In this document: positions 6,760 through 14,617 of the stretch, one piece after another
How the letters are laid out: each line of letters starts with the position of its first letter
How positions within the stretch are numbered: position 1 is the stretch's first letter
Origin: Haloferax volcanii DS2
Lineage (GTDB): Archaea; Halobacteriota; Halobacteria; Halobacteriales; Haloferacaceae
Length of the DNA stretch: 32,000 nucleotides
Assembly (NCBI RefSeq): GCF_000025685.1
Contig: NC_013967.1
Span: forward strand, 2,130,001-2,162,000
Direction: 5' to 3'
Translations under genes and position numbers: made by a program
The notes under the pieces: model-generated
Databases searched by the model: none
The model's input: the letters and a program-made list of their open reading frames with translations, nothing else
Told to the model about the DNA's origin: nothing

Positions 6760-9700
6760 ATGAGTGTATCTGTTGACTTTGATAATATCAGACCTGTTGA
6801 AGACTCTCGGAGAAAGGGCTTTGAGGAGTTATGTAGTCAAGTTGCCCACGAATTCGAAGACGTACCCGATACCTGGAAATATACACGCATAGGTGATCCT
6901 GATGCAGGAATTGAATGTAAATGGGAGTCCACTGATGGATCTGTATGGGGCTGGCAGGCCAAGTATGTCGATAATATAGACAACAGTAGCTTGTCTCAAG
7001 TTGATCGCTCTGTAAAACAAGCTTTAGAAAACTACCCTAATCTGAGCCGATACTTCGTCTGTGTTCCCTGCGATAGGCCACACAGCCCCCGTGAAGGTGT
7101 TAAAACTGCTCTTGAGAAATGGAATGATCGAAAAGAGAAGTGGGAAGGATGGGCCGAGGACGAGGGGATGGACGTGGAGTTTGTTTTCTGGGGACAGTCT
7201 GAGCTTTTGGAGTTTCTCAGCCAGGACAAGCATAAAGGAAGGATATATTTCTGGTTTGATTCAGAGCAGCTCACCGATGCCAAGCTTCAGGATGAGATGG
7301 ATGTGTCTATTTCTAATGCAAAGGACCGTTACAGTCCGGAACTGCACGTAGATACGGGTAATGCAGATATTTTTGAGCCGTTAGGCCGGACGCCTACTTT
7401 TGAAGAAGAGGTGGAAGAGCTTCTTGAGGAATTAGACGAGAAAGCAGGTAAACTGTTCACGGAAAAGCGGGTTGAAGTCCTAGAAGAGGCCGACGAAGAT
7501 GCTACCCTAGATCTCCGCGAGTCAATAGACAACCTTCCTAATCTGCTTGAGGATGTTGAGCGAATCCCTGAGGATATCCCCTTATCAGAACTACGTGATA
7601 CCTGTGAGAAAGCAGAGGAGGCAATTCGGGAATTAGAACCCCAGCTTCGAACGCTCAAGGAAGAAGCGGATGCAGAAAAAGACGAAGTAGAAACCCTTGA
7701 GAAGTCCACTCTCTATGATTTCCGTCAACTTCGGAAAGCCGTTACTGGTTTGAAAAATCATATCGATAGTAATGATTTCCAGGCTGCTGAAGACGCCGCG
7801 TTGAAAGTACTTGGGGATGCGGGAGTGGGTAAAACCCATCTGCTCTGTAACGTTGCTAAGAATAGAACCGAGAAGGGTTATCCAACGGTTCTCCTCCTCG
7901 GTGAGAACTTCAGGGACAGAGATATCTGGACGCAGATTATGGAGCGACTGGGCTTAGATTGCACCACTGAAGAATTCCTAGGGGCCTTGGATTCATTCGG
8001 CGAATCCCGCGGTGTTCGATCTCTATTGATGATCGATGCCCTGAATGAAAGTTCAAATCCTCGAATGTGGAACCGGCAGTTGCCAGGCATTCTAAGCAAG
8101 TTAGAAAATTATCCTCATATCAGCTTGTGCGTCAGCTGCCGGACTGGTTACGAGGAACTCATATTCCCTGATAGTACAGAAGAACAGTTTGTTGAGACCC
8201 AGCACTACGGGTTCAATAACGTAGAATACGAGGCTGTAAGAAAATTCTTTAATGAGCATGGTATTGAGCACCAGTCGATACCAGTTCTACGACGAGAATT
8301 CCAGATACCCTTGTTTTTGAAATTGTTCTGCGAAAACTTGGAGAACCGCGGTCAAAGCCGGATATCCCACGGTCCAGAAGGCATCAGCGAGATCTTTGAA
8401 GGATACATAGATGCGGTACATGACCGGCTATATCGCCGGTTGGATTACGATCCGAGCGATAATAAGGTGAGAAAAGCAGTAGAGGCCTTGGCACGTGAGA
8501 TGGCTAAGAAGGGAGAAGGCATGAAGAGGCTTCCTCGGAGTGAAGCAAAGGAAATCGTAGACGACCTATTACCGGGAAGAACCTACTCAGAAAGCCTTTA
8601 CAAAAATATTCTGAGTGAAGGGGTTATCTCAGAGGTAGTCCCCTTTGAGGAGGATGCAGAGGAGGCCGTCCGGTTCTCCTACGATAAATTTGCAGACCAC
8701 AAAATAGCTCAACAGTACTTAGAGCTCTACGTGGATGACGATATTGAGGAAGCTCTTTCAGAGACAGAGGAGCTACAGGAGATCTTTGAGAACCCAGAAC
8801 TGTACGCTGGGCTCATACAGGCCTTGTCTATCCATCTCCCTGAGAAGAAGGATGCAGAAATATTTGATTTTGTAGATTCAGAAGATATACTCAATCCATT
8901 CATTAAGAGCTTAGCTTGGCGGAATCCGGATACGTTGACAGATAGTGATGGAGAATTTAGTGAGGAGGTTGAAGATTATCTCTGGGAAGAGCTGGAGCTT
9001 CTTGATGACCTGCATGAGCTTTGGAGAGTCTTCCTTACATTGTCTACAAGCTCTGATCACCCGCTGAATGCTGAGTACCTTGATGAGGTTCTCAAAGACA
9101 AGGAAGTATTTAGGCGCGATTTCAATTGGTCCAAGTTCCTGCATGAAGAGTGGAGAGAAGATACGTCTGAGGTGTACCGATTAGTCAACTGGGGATTCTC
9201 TTTAGAAAATCGGCCTGTGGAGTCGTACGAACTGAAGCGGTTAATGTCGATTACTCTCTCCTGGTTCTTTTGCTGTCCAAACAGACATGTTAGAGACCGG
9301 TCGACAAAGGCTATAGTCAATGTCGTAGACTCTGATCTTGAACTCTACAGTGAGTTGGTTGAGCGTTTCCAAGATGTTACTGATCCATATATTTTGGAAC
9401 GGGTCTATGCAGCAGCTTATGGCGGAGTTCTCCGACATAAACAGGATGAAGCAGTTACTGACGTTGCCGAGACCGTGTACGAATTAGAATTTGAGGACAA
9501 CGACCCGACTCCTCACCAGCTCTCAAGAGATTATACGAGAGGGATAATCGAGGTGGCTAACCGTTTGAATGACGGGTTCGACGTTGAGATGGAGAATGTG
9601 AGGCCTCCTTATGACAGTTCTTTCTCTATCGATGTTCCTTCGTCTGATGAGCTTCGTGAGCAAGTTGAAAGCGTCTTAGAGGACTCTGATACTGATTTGA

Positions 9701-10953
9701 ACTCGCGGTTTTGGTGGGGGCTTGTAGGTTCTGACTTTGAAGGACGTGGACACAGTGATTTTGCTCGGTACATTGTTGGAACGAATCATAGTCCTTCTGA
9801 CGTCCATGGTTACGATTTCTCCGGAGAGAAGGCGCTTCGTTGGATTACCAAGCGAGTATTTGACTTGGGCTGGAGACCTGATCTTTTCGGATCGTTCGAT
9901 GACTTTGTCAACCGGAGCTATATGGGTAGGATGGAGAATCGAAAACCGGAGCGGTTCAGTAAAAAATACCAGTGGATAGCCTATCACGAATTGGTGTCTT
10001 GGGTTACGGATAACTGTGATTTCACAGGTTCAATTACAGAACGGCCGTATAATGGGCCTTGGATGCAATTTGACCGGGATATTGACCCTTCGGTACTAGA
10101 TCCTCAAGCTGATTCCGACGTTTCGTTAGATGAGGTTGTAGAATATGATTGCCGTATAGATGAGACTGATTTAGAGGAATGGATTTCAGACCACGAGGAG
10201 TTCCCTGACTTGGTTTCCTTGTTAGATATTTCCGTGGATGGTGAGAGATGGATACCTCTGCATGGTATTTATAAGTGGAGAGCAGACGAGGGCGAAGACT
10301 CCAGACTTGAGAGAGACGTTTTTGCCCGGATAGATACTGTTACAGTAGCTACTGAGAAGAAGGACGAATTGGTGTCTTGGTTAAAGGAGGACTGGGTTGA
10401 TAGCGATGAGCTTGAGAGCACTCCGTTCCACTTGGCTACATTTACTCAGACTTTCTGGGCGGAATATCCCTGGCACCCTTCGATAGAGGAGGGCTGGGAA
10501 GAAGACGTAGATTCTATCCGAGGAGCACCGGTTTCTACGACAGACACCACTGTTGATTTACTCTGGGAGTCAGAGTATGACTGTTCCGTGGACGAGAATT
10601 ATGGGATGTATGCTCCGTCCCCCCCACTTGCGAAATCGCTCGATCTCGAATGGGTAGTTGATTCAAAGGAATTCGTGCAAAAAGGTTCTAACCCTGTTCG
10701 TGTAGCCGATGTGTCTACTTCCGAAGGGTTGTACGACAGAGTGAACTCGCTTTCAATGTTAGCAGCAAGTGAAGGGATAATCGAAGAGTTAGAGGAAGAA
10801 GAGCTTTCCTTGGTTTGGATTATACAAGGAGAGAAACGGCTACTTACTGATGATGCTGCAGGAACCGGAATGGGTCTTAGTCAGATTAGAGCAGTCTACT
10901 ATCTAGACGAAGGAGAGTGGACGGGAGAAATGGACAGCGGTTACTACAACTGA
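6760..10953 (+). CDS. Giant STAND/NACHT-like P-loop NTPase with N-terminal PD-(D/E)xK-type nuclease-like domain and ~900-aa C-terminal putative sensor region (Avs/NLR-like architecture)
   Basis: 1397 aa. The N-terminus reads GFEELCSQVAHEF...GDPDAGIECKWES..WGWQAKY (nt ~6891-6965), giving an E...D...E-x-K / Q-x-K pattern. An acidic coiled coil follows. Walker A is LGDAGVGKTHLL (nt ~7811-7846), Walker B is LLMIDALNES (~8024-8053), and ISLCVSCRTGY is sensor-1-like, as in NACHT hhhTSR. Confidence 0.85.
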   Translation: MSVSVDFDNIRPVEDSRRKGFEELCSQVAHEFEDVPDTWKYTRIGDPDAGIECKWESTDGSVWGWQAKYVDNIDNSSLSQVDRSVKQALENYPNLSRYFVCVPCDRPHSPREGVKTALEKWNDRKEKWEGWAEDEGMDVEFVFWGQSELLEFLSQDKHKGRIYFWFDSEQLTDAKLQDEMDVSISNAKDRYSPELHVDTGNADIFEPLGRTPTFEEEVEELLEELDEKAGKLFTEKRVEVLEEADEDATLDLRESIDNLPNLLEDVERIPEDIPLSELRDTCEKAEEAIRELEPQLRTLKEEADAEKDEVETLEKSTLYDFRQLRKAVTGLKNHIDSNDFQAAEDAALKVLGDAGVGKTHLLCNVAKNRTEKGYPTVLLLGENFRDRDIWTQIMERLGLDCTTEEFLGALDSFGESRGVRSLLMIDALNESSNPRMWNRQLPGILSKLENYPHISLCVSCRTGYEELIFPDSTEEQFVETQHYGFNNVEYEAVRKFFNEHGIEHQSIPVLRREFQIPLFLKLFCENLENRGQSRISHGPEGISEIFEGYIDAVHDRLYRRLDYDPSDNKVRKAVEALAREMAKKGEGMKRLPRSEAKEIVDDLLPGRTYSESLYKNILSEGVISEVVPFEEDAEEAVRFSYDKFADHKIAQQYLELYVDDDIEEALSETEELQEIFENPELYAGLIQALSIHLPEKKDAEIFDFVDSEDILNPFIKSLAWRNPDTLTDSDGEFSEEVEDYLWEELELLDDLHELWRVFLTLSTSSDHPLNAEYLDEVLKDKEVFRRDFNWSKFLHEEWREDTSEVYRLVNWGFSLENRPVESYELKRLMSITLSWFFCCPNRHVRDRSTKAIVNVVDSDLELYSELVERFQDVTDPYILERVYAAAYGGVLRHKQDEAVTDVAETVYELEFEDNDPTPHQLSRDYTRGIIEVANRLNDGFDVEMENVRPPYDSSFSIDVPSSDELREQVESVLEDSDTDLNSRFWWGLVGSDFEGRGHSDFARYIVGTNHSPSDVHGYDFSGEKALRWITKRVFDLGWRPDLFGSFDDFVNRSYMGRMENRKPERFSKKYQWIAYHELVSWVTDNCDFTGSITERPYNGPWMQFDRDIDPSVLDPQADSDVSLDEVVEYDCRIDETDLEEWISDHEEFPDLVSLLDISVDGERWIPLHGIYKWRADEGEDSRLERDVFARIDTVTVATEKKDELVSWLKEDWVDSDELESTPFHLATFTQTFWAEYPWHPSIEEGWEEDVDSIRGAPVSTTDTTVDLLWESEYDCSVDENYGMYAPSPPLAKSLDLEWVVDSKEFVQKGSNPVRVADVSTSEGLYDRVNSLSMLAASEGIIEELEEEELSLVWIIQGEKRLLTDDAAGTGMGLSQIRAVYYLDEGEWTGEMDSGYYN

Positions 10954-10966
10954 AACAGGGCGGCAG

Positions 10967-11383
10967 TTAGATCTTCTTCTGAATCTGCTTCTTAAACAAC
11001 CTGAATGATCCCTTTAGTTCCTCTAACTCATCTTCAACAGTCTTCACCCGCTCGACAACCTCACGGTGACTCAAATCCTCGTACTCAGTCATACTCTCTG
11101 GCTCCGACTGCTCCAAGTACCGGTGGGCTTTCCCCGTGAGCTTTGCTTCTTTGGGGTGTTGGAAGACTCTTTTTTGGCCGTCGATAACCCGCTCTACCAT
11201 CTTATCTGGTTTCTCTACGGTGATTAGGCCTAGATCTTCCAGTTTTTCGAAGCAGTAGGAGACGTGGTGGTTTTCGAGTGTGGTTTCTGCGGTGATTTTC
11301 TGGACGTCGTCGAGGCCTTTTTCGATGTGTTTCAGGACGACGTGGTCCTTGTCCCGTATCTCCTCGAATTCTTCTTCAGTCAT
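10967..11383 (-). CDS. Winged-helix (MarR/ArsR-like) DNA-binding protein with C-terminal coiled coil; last gene of the T4SS-like operon
   Basis: 138 aa. VLKHIEKGLDDVQKITAETTLENHHVSYCFEKLEDLGLITVEK...KLTGKAHRYLE fits a wHTH pattern. ATGA overlap with the upstream ATPase gene. Confidence 0.75.
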   Translation of the reverse strand: MTEEEFEEIRDKDHVVLKHIEKGLDDVQKITAETTLENHHVSYCFEKLEDLGLITVEKPDKMVERVIDGQKRVFQHPKEAKLTGKAHRYLEQSEPESMTEYEDLSHREVVERVKTVEDELEELKGSFRLFKKQIQKKI

Positions 11384-13299
11384 TCTCCTTCAAGTAGGAC
11401 GCATTGCTGTTCGAGTTCGGTGCAGAATCCTTCTTCGTCGCGGTGTAGGCAGAAGGCCTCTAAGTCGTCACGGCTGTTTGCATCGAGTTCTGGGCATTCT
11501 GGTTCGACAGCTTCGTTGTGTACTTCCAAGTTGTCTTCTTTGACTTCGATTACCCGGTATTCTGCTTCTTCTAGTTCTTCGAATTGGGTGAAGGCCTCGC
11601 TGTTTTCGTCGGTGTAGTAGCTGTAGCTGCCTTGTTCGTCGTTGTATTCGTTGCCGCGGCGGTTTTTGGGGTCGTCGACGATGTTCTGAAGTTTCGCTGC
11701 TTTCCCCTGCTGGACGACGTAGAAGACTTCGCGGTCTTCTTCGACGGCTCGTTTGAGGTTGCGTAGGACTTTGACGGGCCGGGAGAGTGTGCTGTGTTCT
11801 GCTTCGAGGTGTGCGATCTCTCCGTTGGGGAGGTGTACGTGGCCGTCTGGTTTGTTGTCGCCTGTGTCTTGGTACAGTAGGTTGACTTGGAAGCCGCGTT
11901 CCTCCAGTTGTTTCTTGGCTTGTGCGAGGAGTTCTCGGTGTTTGTCTCCGCCGGCGTTGTTTCCTTTTCCGAGGCTTTGGGAGGCCTTGATTTGGGCTTT
12001 TGTTTGGGTGGTTGCGGCGGTGCCCTGTTTTTTGAGTTTGTCGATGTCGGTGTTTTCGGGTTTCCAGGGTGGGTAGGTGTTGAAGAGTACGGCGGAGTTG
12101 TGGCTTTGTTTGCTGGGTTTCTGGACTGCTGCCCGGAACTTGCCTAAGGCTTTGAGCTGGTTTTTGGAGAGGCCTTGGAACATTCCGGCGATCTGGGTTT
12201 CGTTTTCGCTGCCACTGGGGTTGAAGGTGATTTTGGTGCGGCAGTTGTTGACGACTGCTCTCCGCATGTCGGTTGCGAGTTGTTGGAGGTATTGTGTGGC
12301 GAGCCAGCACCCTAAGCGGTATTCTCTGGCTTCGCTGAGTATTTTGGTGAAGTTGCTGCCTTCGCCGCCGAAGTTCTGGAGTTCGTCGACGTAGAGGAAG
12401 AAGGGTGTGCGTTGTTCGACGGGCTGGGTGACCCGGCTTTGTGTTGCGGCCCAGATTTTGGTGGTGACGATGCTTCCGACGAGTTGGGAGACTGTTTCTC
12501 CGACTTCGCCTTTTTGGATGTCGACGAGGAGGATTTTCCCTTGGTTGACGACGTCGCGGAAGTTGACTCCGGATTGTTCTGGGCCGATCACTTTCCGGAT
12601 GGTGGGGTTCATCACGAAGTCGTTTAGCCGGCGCTGGAGAGGTTCCATCTCATACGAGGTCATGTCCTCTTTGACGCGGACGAGTTGCTCTCGGATGATC
12701 TGGTCGTCGGTGTCGTCGATCAGCTCGGTGAGCTGGTCTTGGTTGACGACGCATCGGAAGACGTCGAGCAAGCTGTTTCCCTGATTCTTCTGGATGTTGA
12801 GGTCGAGGTGGGCCCGCAGGAGGGTTTCGAGGACTCTTCCGAACTGGTCACCCCAGTTCTCCGACTGGCGTTTGAACAGGTCGATGAGGTCGGAGACGAT
12901 GATCTCTTTCTGGTTCTCTCGCTGGGCCTCCGACATTTCCTCGGTGATGTGAGGTTCGAGGACGTTGATCGGTGTAACCGGGTCTCTAGCTGGATTGATG
13001 TAGACGACGTCGTCTCTCCTGTTTTCGGGTAGTTTGGAGAGGAATTCGTCTATTAGGTCGCCTTTCGGATTGATGATTGCGAGGCCGTGGTCTTTCTCTG
13101 CGTCCTGTAATGCGACGTGTATCAGTAGCTGCGTTTTGCCGTATCCGGTGGGGCCGACGTTGAGGACGTGAGTGAGGCGTTTTTCGTCGTCTACTCCGAT
13201 GTTTTCTTCGACGCCGAGGTTGCTTTCACGGCTGCCGAGATAGGTGGTGTTCAGGTTGCCTGTGCTCTGTATCAGGTTCTGGGTTTCTTCGGGGTTCAT
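11380..13299 (-). CDS. Conjugative coupling-protein-like ATPase (FtsK/HerA superfamily; VirD4/TraG/TcpA-like) with C-terminal restriction-endonuclease-fold-like domain
   Basis: 639 aa. Walker A is NVGPTGYGKTQL, followed by LAIINPKGD. Walker B is FFLYVDELQNF, and WLATQYLQQL is also present. The C-terminus reads GGDKHRELL...DGHVHLPNGEIAHLEAEHS...LRNLKRA. No N-terminal TM segment. 4-nt overlaps on both sides. Confidence 0.8.
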   Translation of the reverse strand: MNPEETQNLIQSTGNLNTTYLGSRESNLGVEENIGVDDEKRLTHVLNVGPTGYGKTQLLIHVALQDAEKDHGLAIINPKGDLIDEFLSKLPENRRDDVVYINPARDPVTPINVLEPHITEEMSEAQRENQKEIIVSDLIDLFKRQSENWGDQFGRVLETLLRAHLDLNIQKNQGNSLLDVFRCVVNQDQLTELIDDTDDQIIREQLVRVKEDMTSYEMEPLQRRLNDFVMNPTIRKVIGPEQSGVNFRDVVNQGKILLVDIQKGEVGETVSQLVGSIVTTKIWAATQSRVTQPVEQRTPFFLYVDELQNFGGEGSNFTKILSEAREYRLGCWLATQYLQQLATDMRRAVVNNCRTKITFNPSGSENETQIAGMFQGLSKNQLKALGKFRAAVQKPSKQSHNSAVLFNTYPPWKPENTDIDKLKKQGTAATTQTKAQIKASQSLGKGNNAGGDKHRELLAQAKKQLEERGFQVNLLYQDTGDNKPDGHVHLPNGEIAHLEAEHSTLSRPVKVLRNLKRAVEEDREVFYVVQQGKAAKLQNIVDDPKNRRGNEYNDEQGSYSYYTDENSEAFTQFEELEEAEYRVIEVKEDNLEVHNEAVEPECPELDANSRDDLEAFCLHRDEEGFCTELEQQCVLLEGE

Positions 13300-14267
13300 G
13301 GCTGAGCGTTTTGGATGTTGTCCTGTTTCCGATTCGGGAGTGAGAGAAGAGCTGAGAGCTCGTCCTTGGTAGCCTGGAATTTCTGGCTCCAGCCCTGGAA
13401 CTCTCTACGTTGGACTGCCTGTGCGAAGGAAAGAATCTGGCTGCGGCGGAACGGTGTTACCGTGGTCGCGTTCAGGTACTGGCCTGTTTCCGGGTTTTCG
13501 TAGGTGTTGAACGCTCCGGAGATCTCTTTAACTCTGCTAGGCGTGTACTCGGCTGCATTGATGATGAGCAGCCTGATCGAGACGTGGAATCGGGGGCTGC
13601 CAGCCTTGTTCTCGATTGCGTCTGCCTGTTTCTTTTCCCGCGGTGTTGGAGGCCTTGACCCCCAGAGTTTCTCTTTCTCTCTCCGCAGGTGGCCGATTCG
13701 CTGGTAGGCCCGTTTCCGCCAGTAGTAGCGACGTAGAGGTTGGCCGATAACCGGTCGGAAGAGGATCTGGATTACGAACCGGGTGTTCTGCATTGCGTGG
13801 CGGTGGAGTGCTGCGACTACCGAGTCCACCGGTGGTTGGTCGAAGCTGGTCTTCAGTGGGTACCAGTCGGTTCTTCCCGCGGTGAGCAGGCCGCCGCCTA
13901 CAGTATCCTCTTCACGGATTGGTAGGCCGTTGACTCCTTCTTTGAGTTCGACGTGTGGTGTGTCGTTTGTGAGGTGTGTCCGGATTTTTCGTTCGAGGCG
14001 TTTAGTCGGGGCTGCGTACTGGAACTGGAGTTTTCCGGGTGTGGTGCGGCGGATTTCGTACGCTATGGTCGGTGACGTGTTTTTCAGGCCGAGGTACTTG
14101 GTCTGGTATTCGAGTACTCCATCTGCCAGGTTTTGCAGCTTGCTCGGTGTGTCTTCGTCTCTCGGTGGCCGGGCTTCGACGGTGTACGGCAGTTTGGTTA
14201 CCCCCGTAGCCAAGTTCTCTGCCGTGTCTTCGTCGAGCTCGGCGTGGTTGTACCGGAGAACGGTCAC
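13296..14267 (-). CDS. Hypothetical protein of the T4SS-like operon (basic central segment)
   Basis: 323 aa. GTGA and ATGA overlaps with both neighbours. No motif I can name. Confidence 0.7.
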   Translation of the reverse strand: MTVLRYNHAELDEDTAENLATGVTKLPYTVEARPPRDEDTPSKLQNLADGVLEYQTKYLGLKNTSPTIAYEIRRTTPGKLQFQYAAPTKRLERKIRTHLTNDTPHVELKEGVNGLPIREEDTVGGGLLTAGRTDWYPLKTSFDQPPVDSVVAALHRHAMQNTRFVIQILFRPVIGQPLRRYYWRKRAYQRIGHLRREKEKLWGSRPPTPREKKQADAIENKAGSPRFHVSIRLLIINAAEYTPSRVKEISGAFNTYENPETGQYLNATTVTPFRRSQILSFAQAVQRREFQGWSQKFQATKDELSALLSLPNRKQDNIQNAQP

Positions 14268-14617
14268 GGTTCTAGGGCGAGTATTTCTTCGTTCTCGTGA
14301 TTGTTCTCCAGTTCTTGGACCTGTTGCTGCATGGCTTGGGCCATCATCTGGTTCTGACCTTCCAGGGATTGGGCGAGCTCCTGCATTTTCTGCATAAGGG
14401 CCTGTGTTTCCTGGAATTCGGCCTTCATTTTCTGCATCCGTTTCTGGGCGAGAGCTTGGAAGAGCTGTTCTAGGTTTTGGGATTGGACTTGTTGCGGGGT
14501 GCTGTGTTGGAGTTCGTTGATGTCGATTTGGATGTCTCCGCTTCCTTGGGAGACGACTGTGACGTCGGTGTTTCCGTTCTGGTTCGAGATCTGGATTCGG
14601 GTTTTCTGGTGGTTCAT
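14264..14617 (-). CDS. Gln-rich coiled-coil protein
   Basis: 117 aa with a Q/M-rich heptad-like C-terminal half (QALMQKMQELAQSLEGQNQMMAQAMQQQVQELE). 4-nt overlaps with both neighbours. Confidence 0.65.
   Translation of the reverse strand: MNHQKTRIQISNQNGNTDVTVVSQGSGDIQIDINELQHSTPQQVQSQNLEQLFQALAQKRMQKMKAEFQETQALMQKMQELAQSLEGQNQMMAQAMQQQVQELENNHENEEILALEP

Noticed and set aside
7329-7709. 126-aa Ser-rich antisense ORF within the STAND gene
   Set aside because: It is antisense to the GAA/GAG-rich acidic coiled-coil region, which generates TTC/CTC (Ser/Phe/Leu) shadow codons. It has no independent signals.
11468-12310. 280-aa minus-strand ORF inside the coupling-protein-like gene
   Set aside because: It is extremely R/P/Q/T-rich and low-complexity. 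It is a shadow frame, while the overlapping frame carries Walker A/B motifs.
13296-14267. HUH-type relaxase in the 323-aa operon protein (LHRHAM)
   Set aside because: H-R-H lacks the hydrophobic middle residue of HUH, and no convincing catalytic Tyr motif accompanies it.
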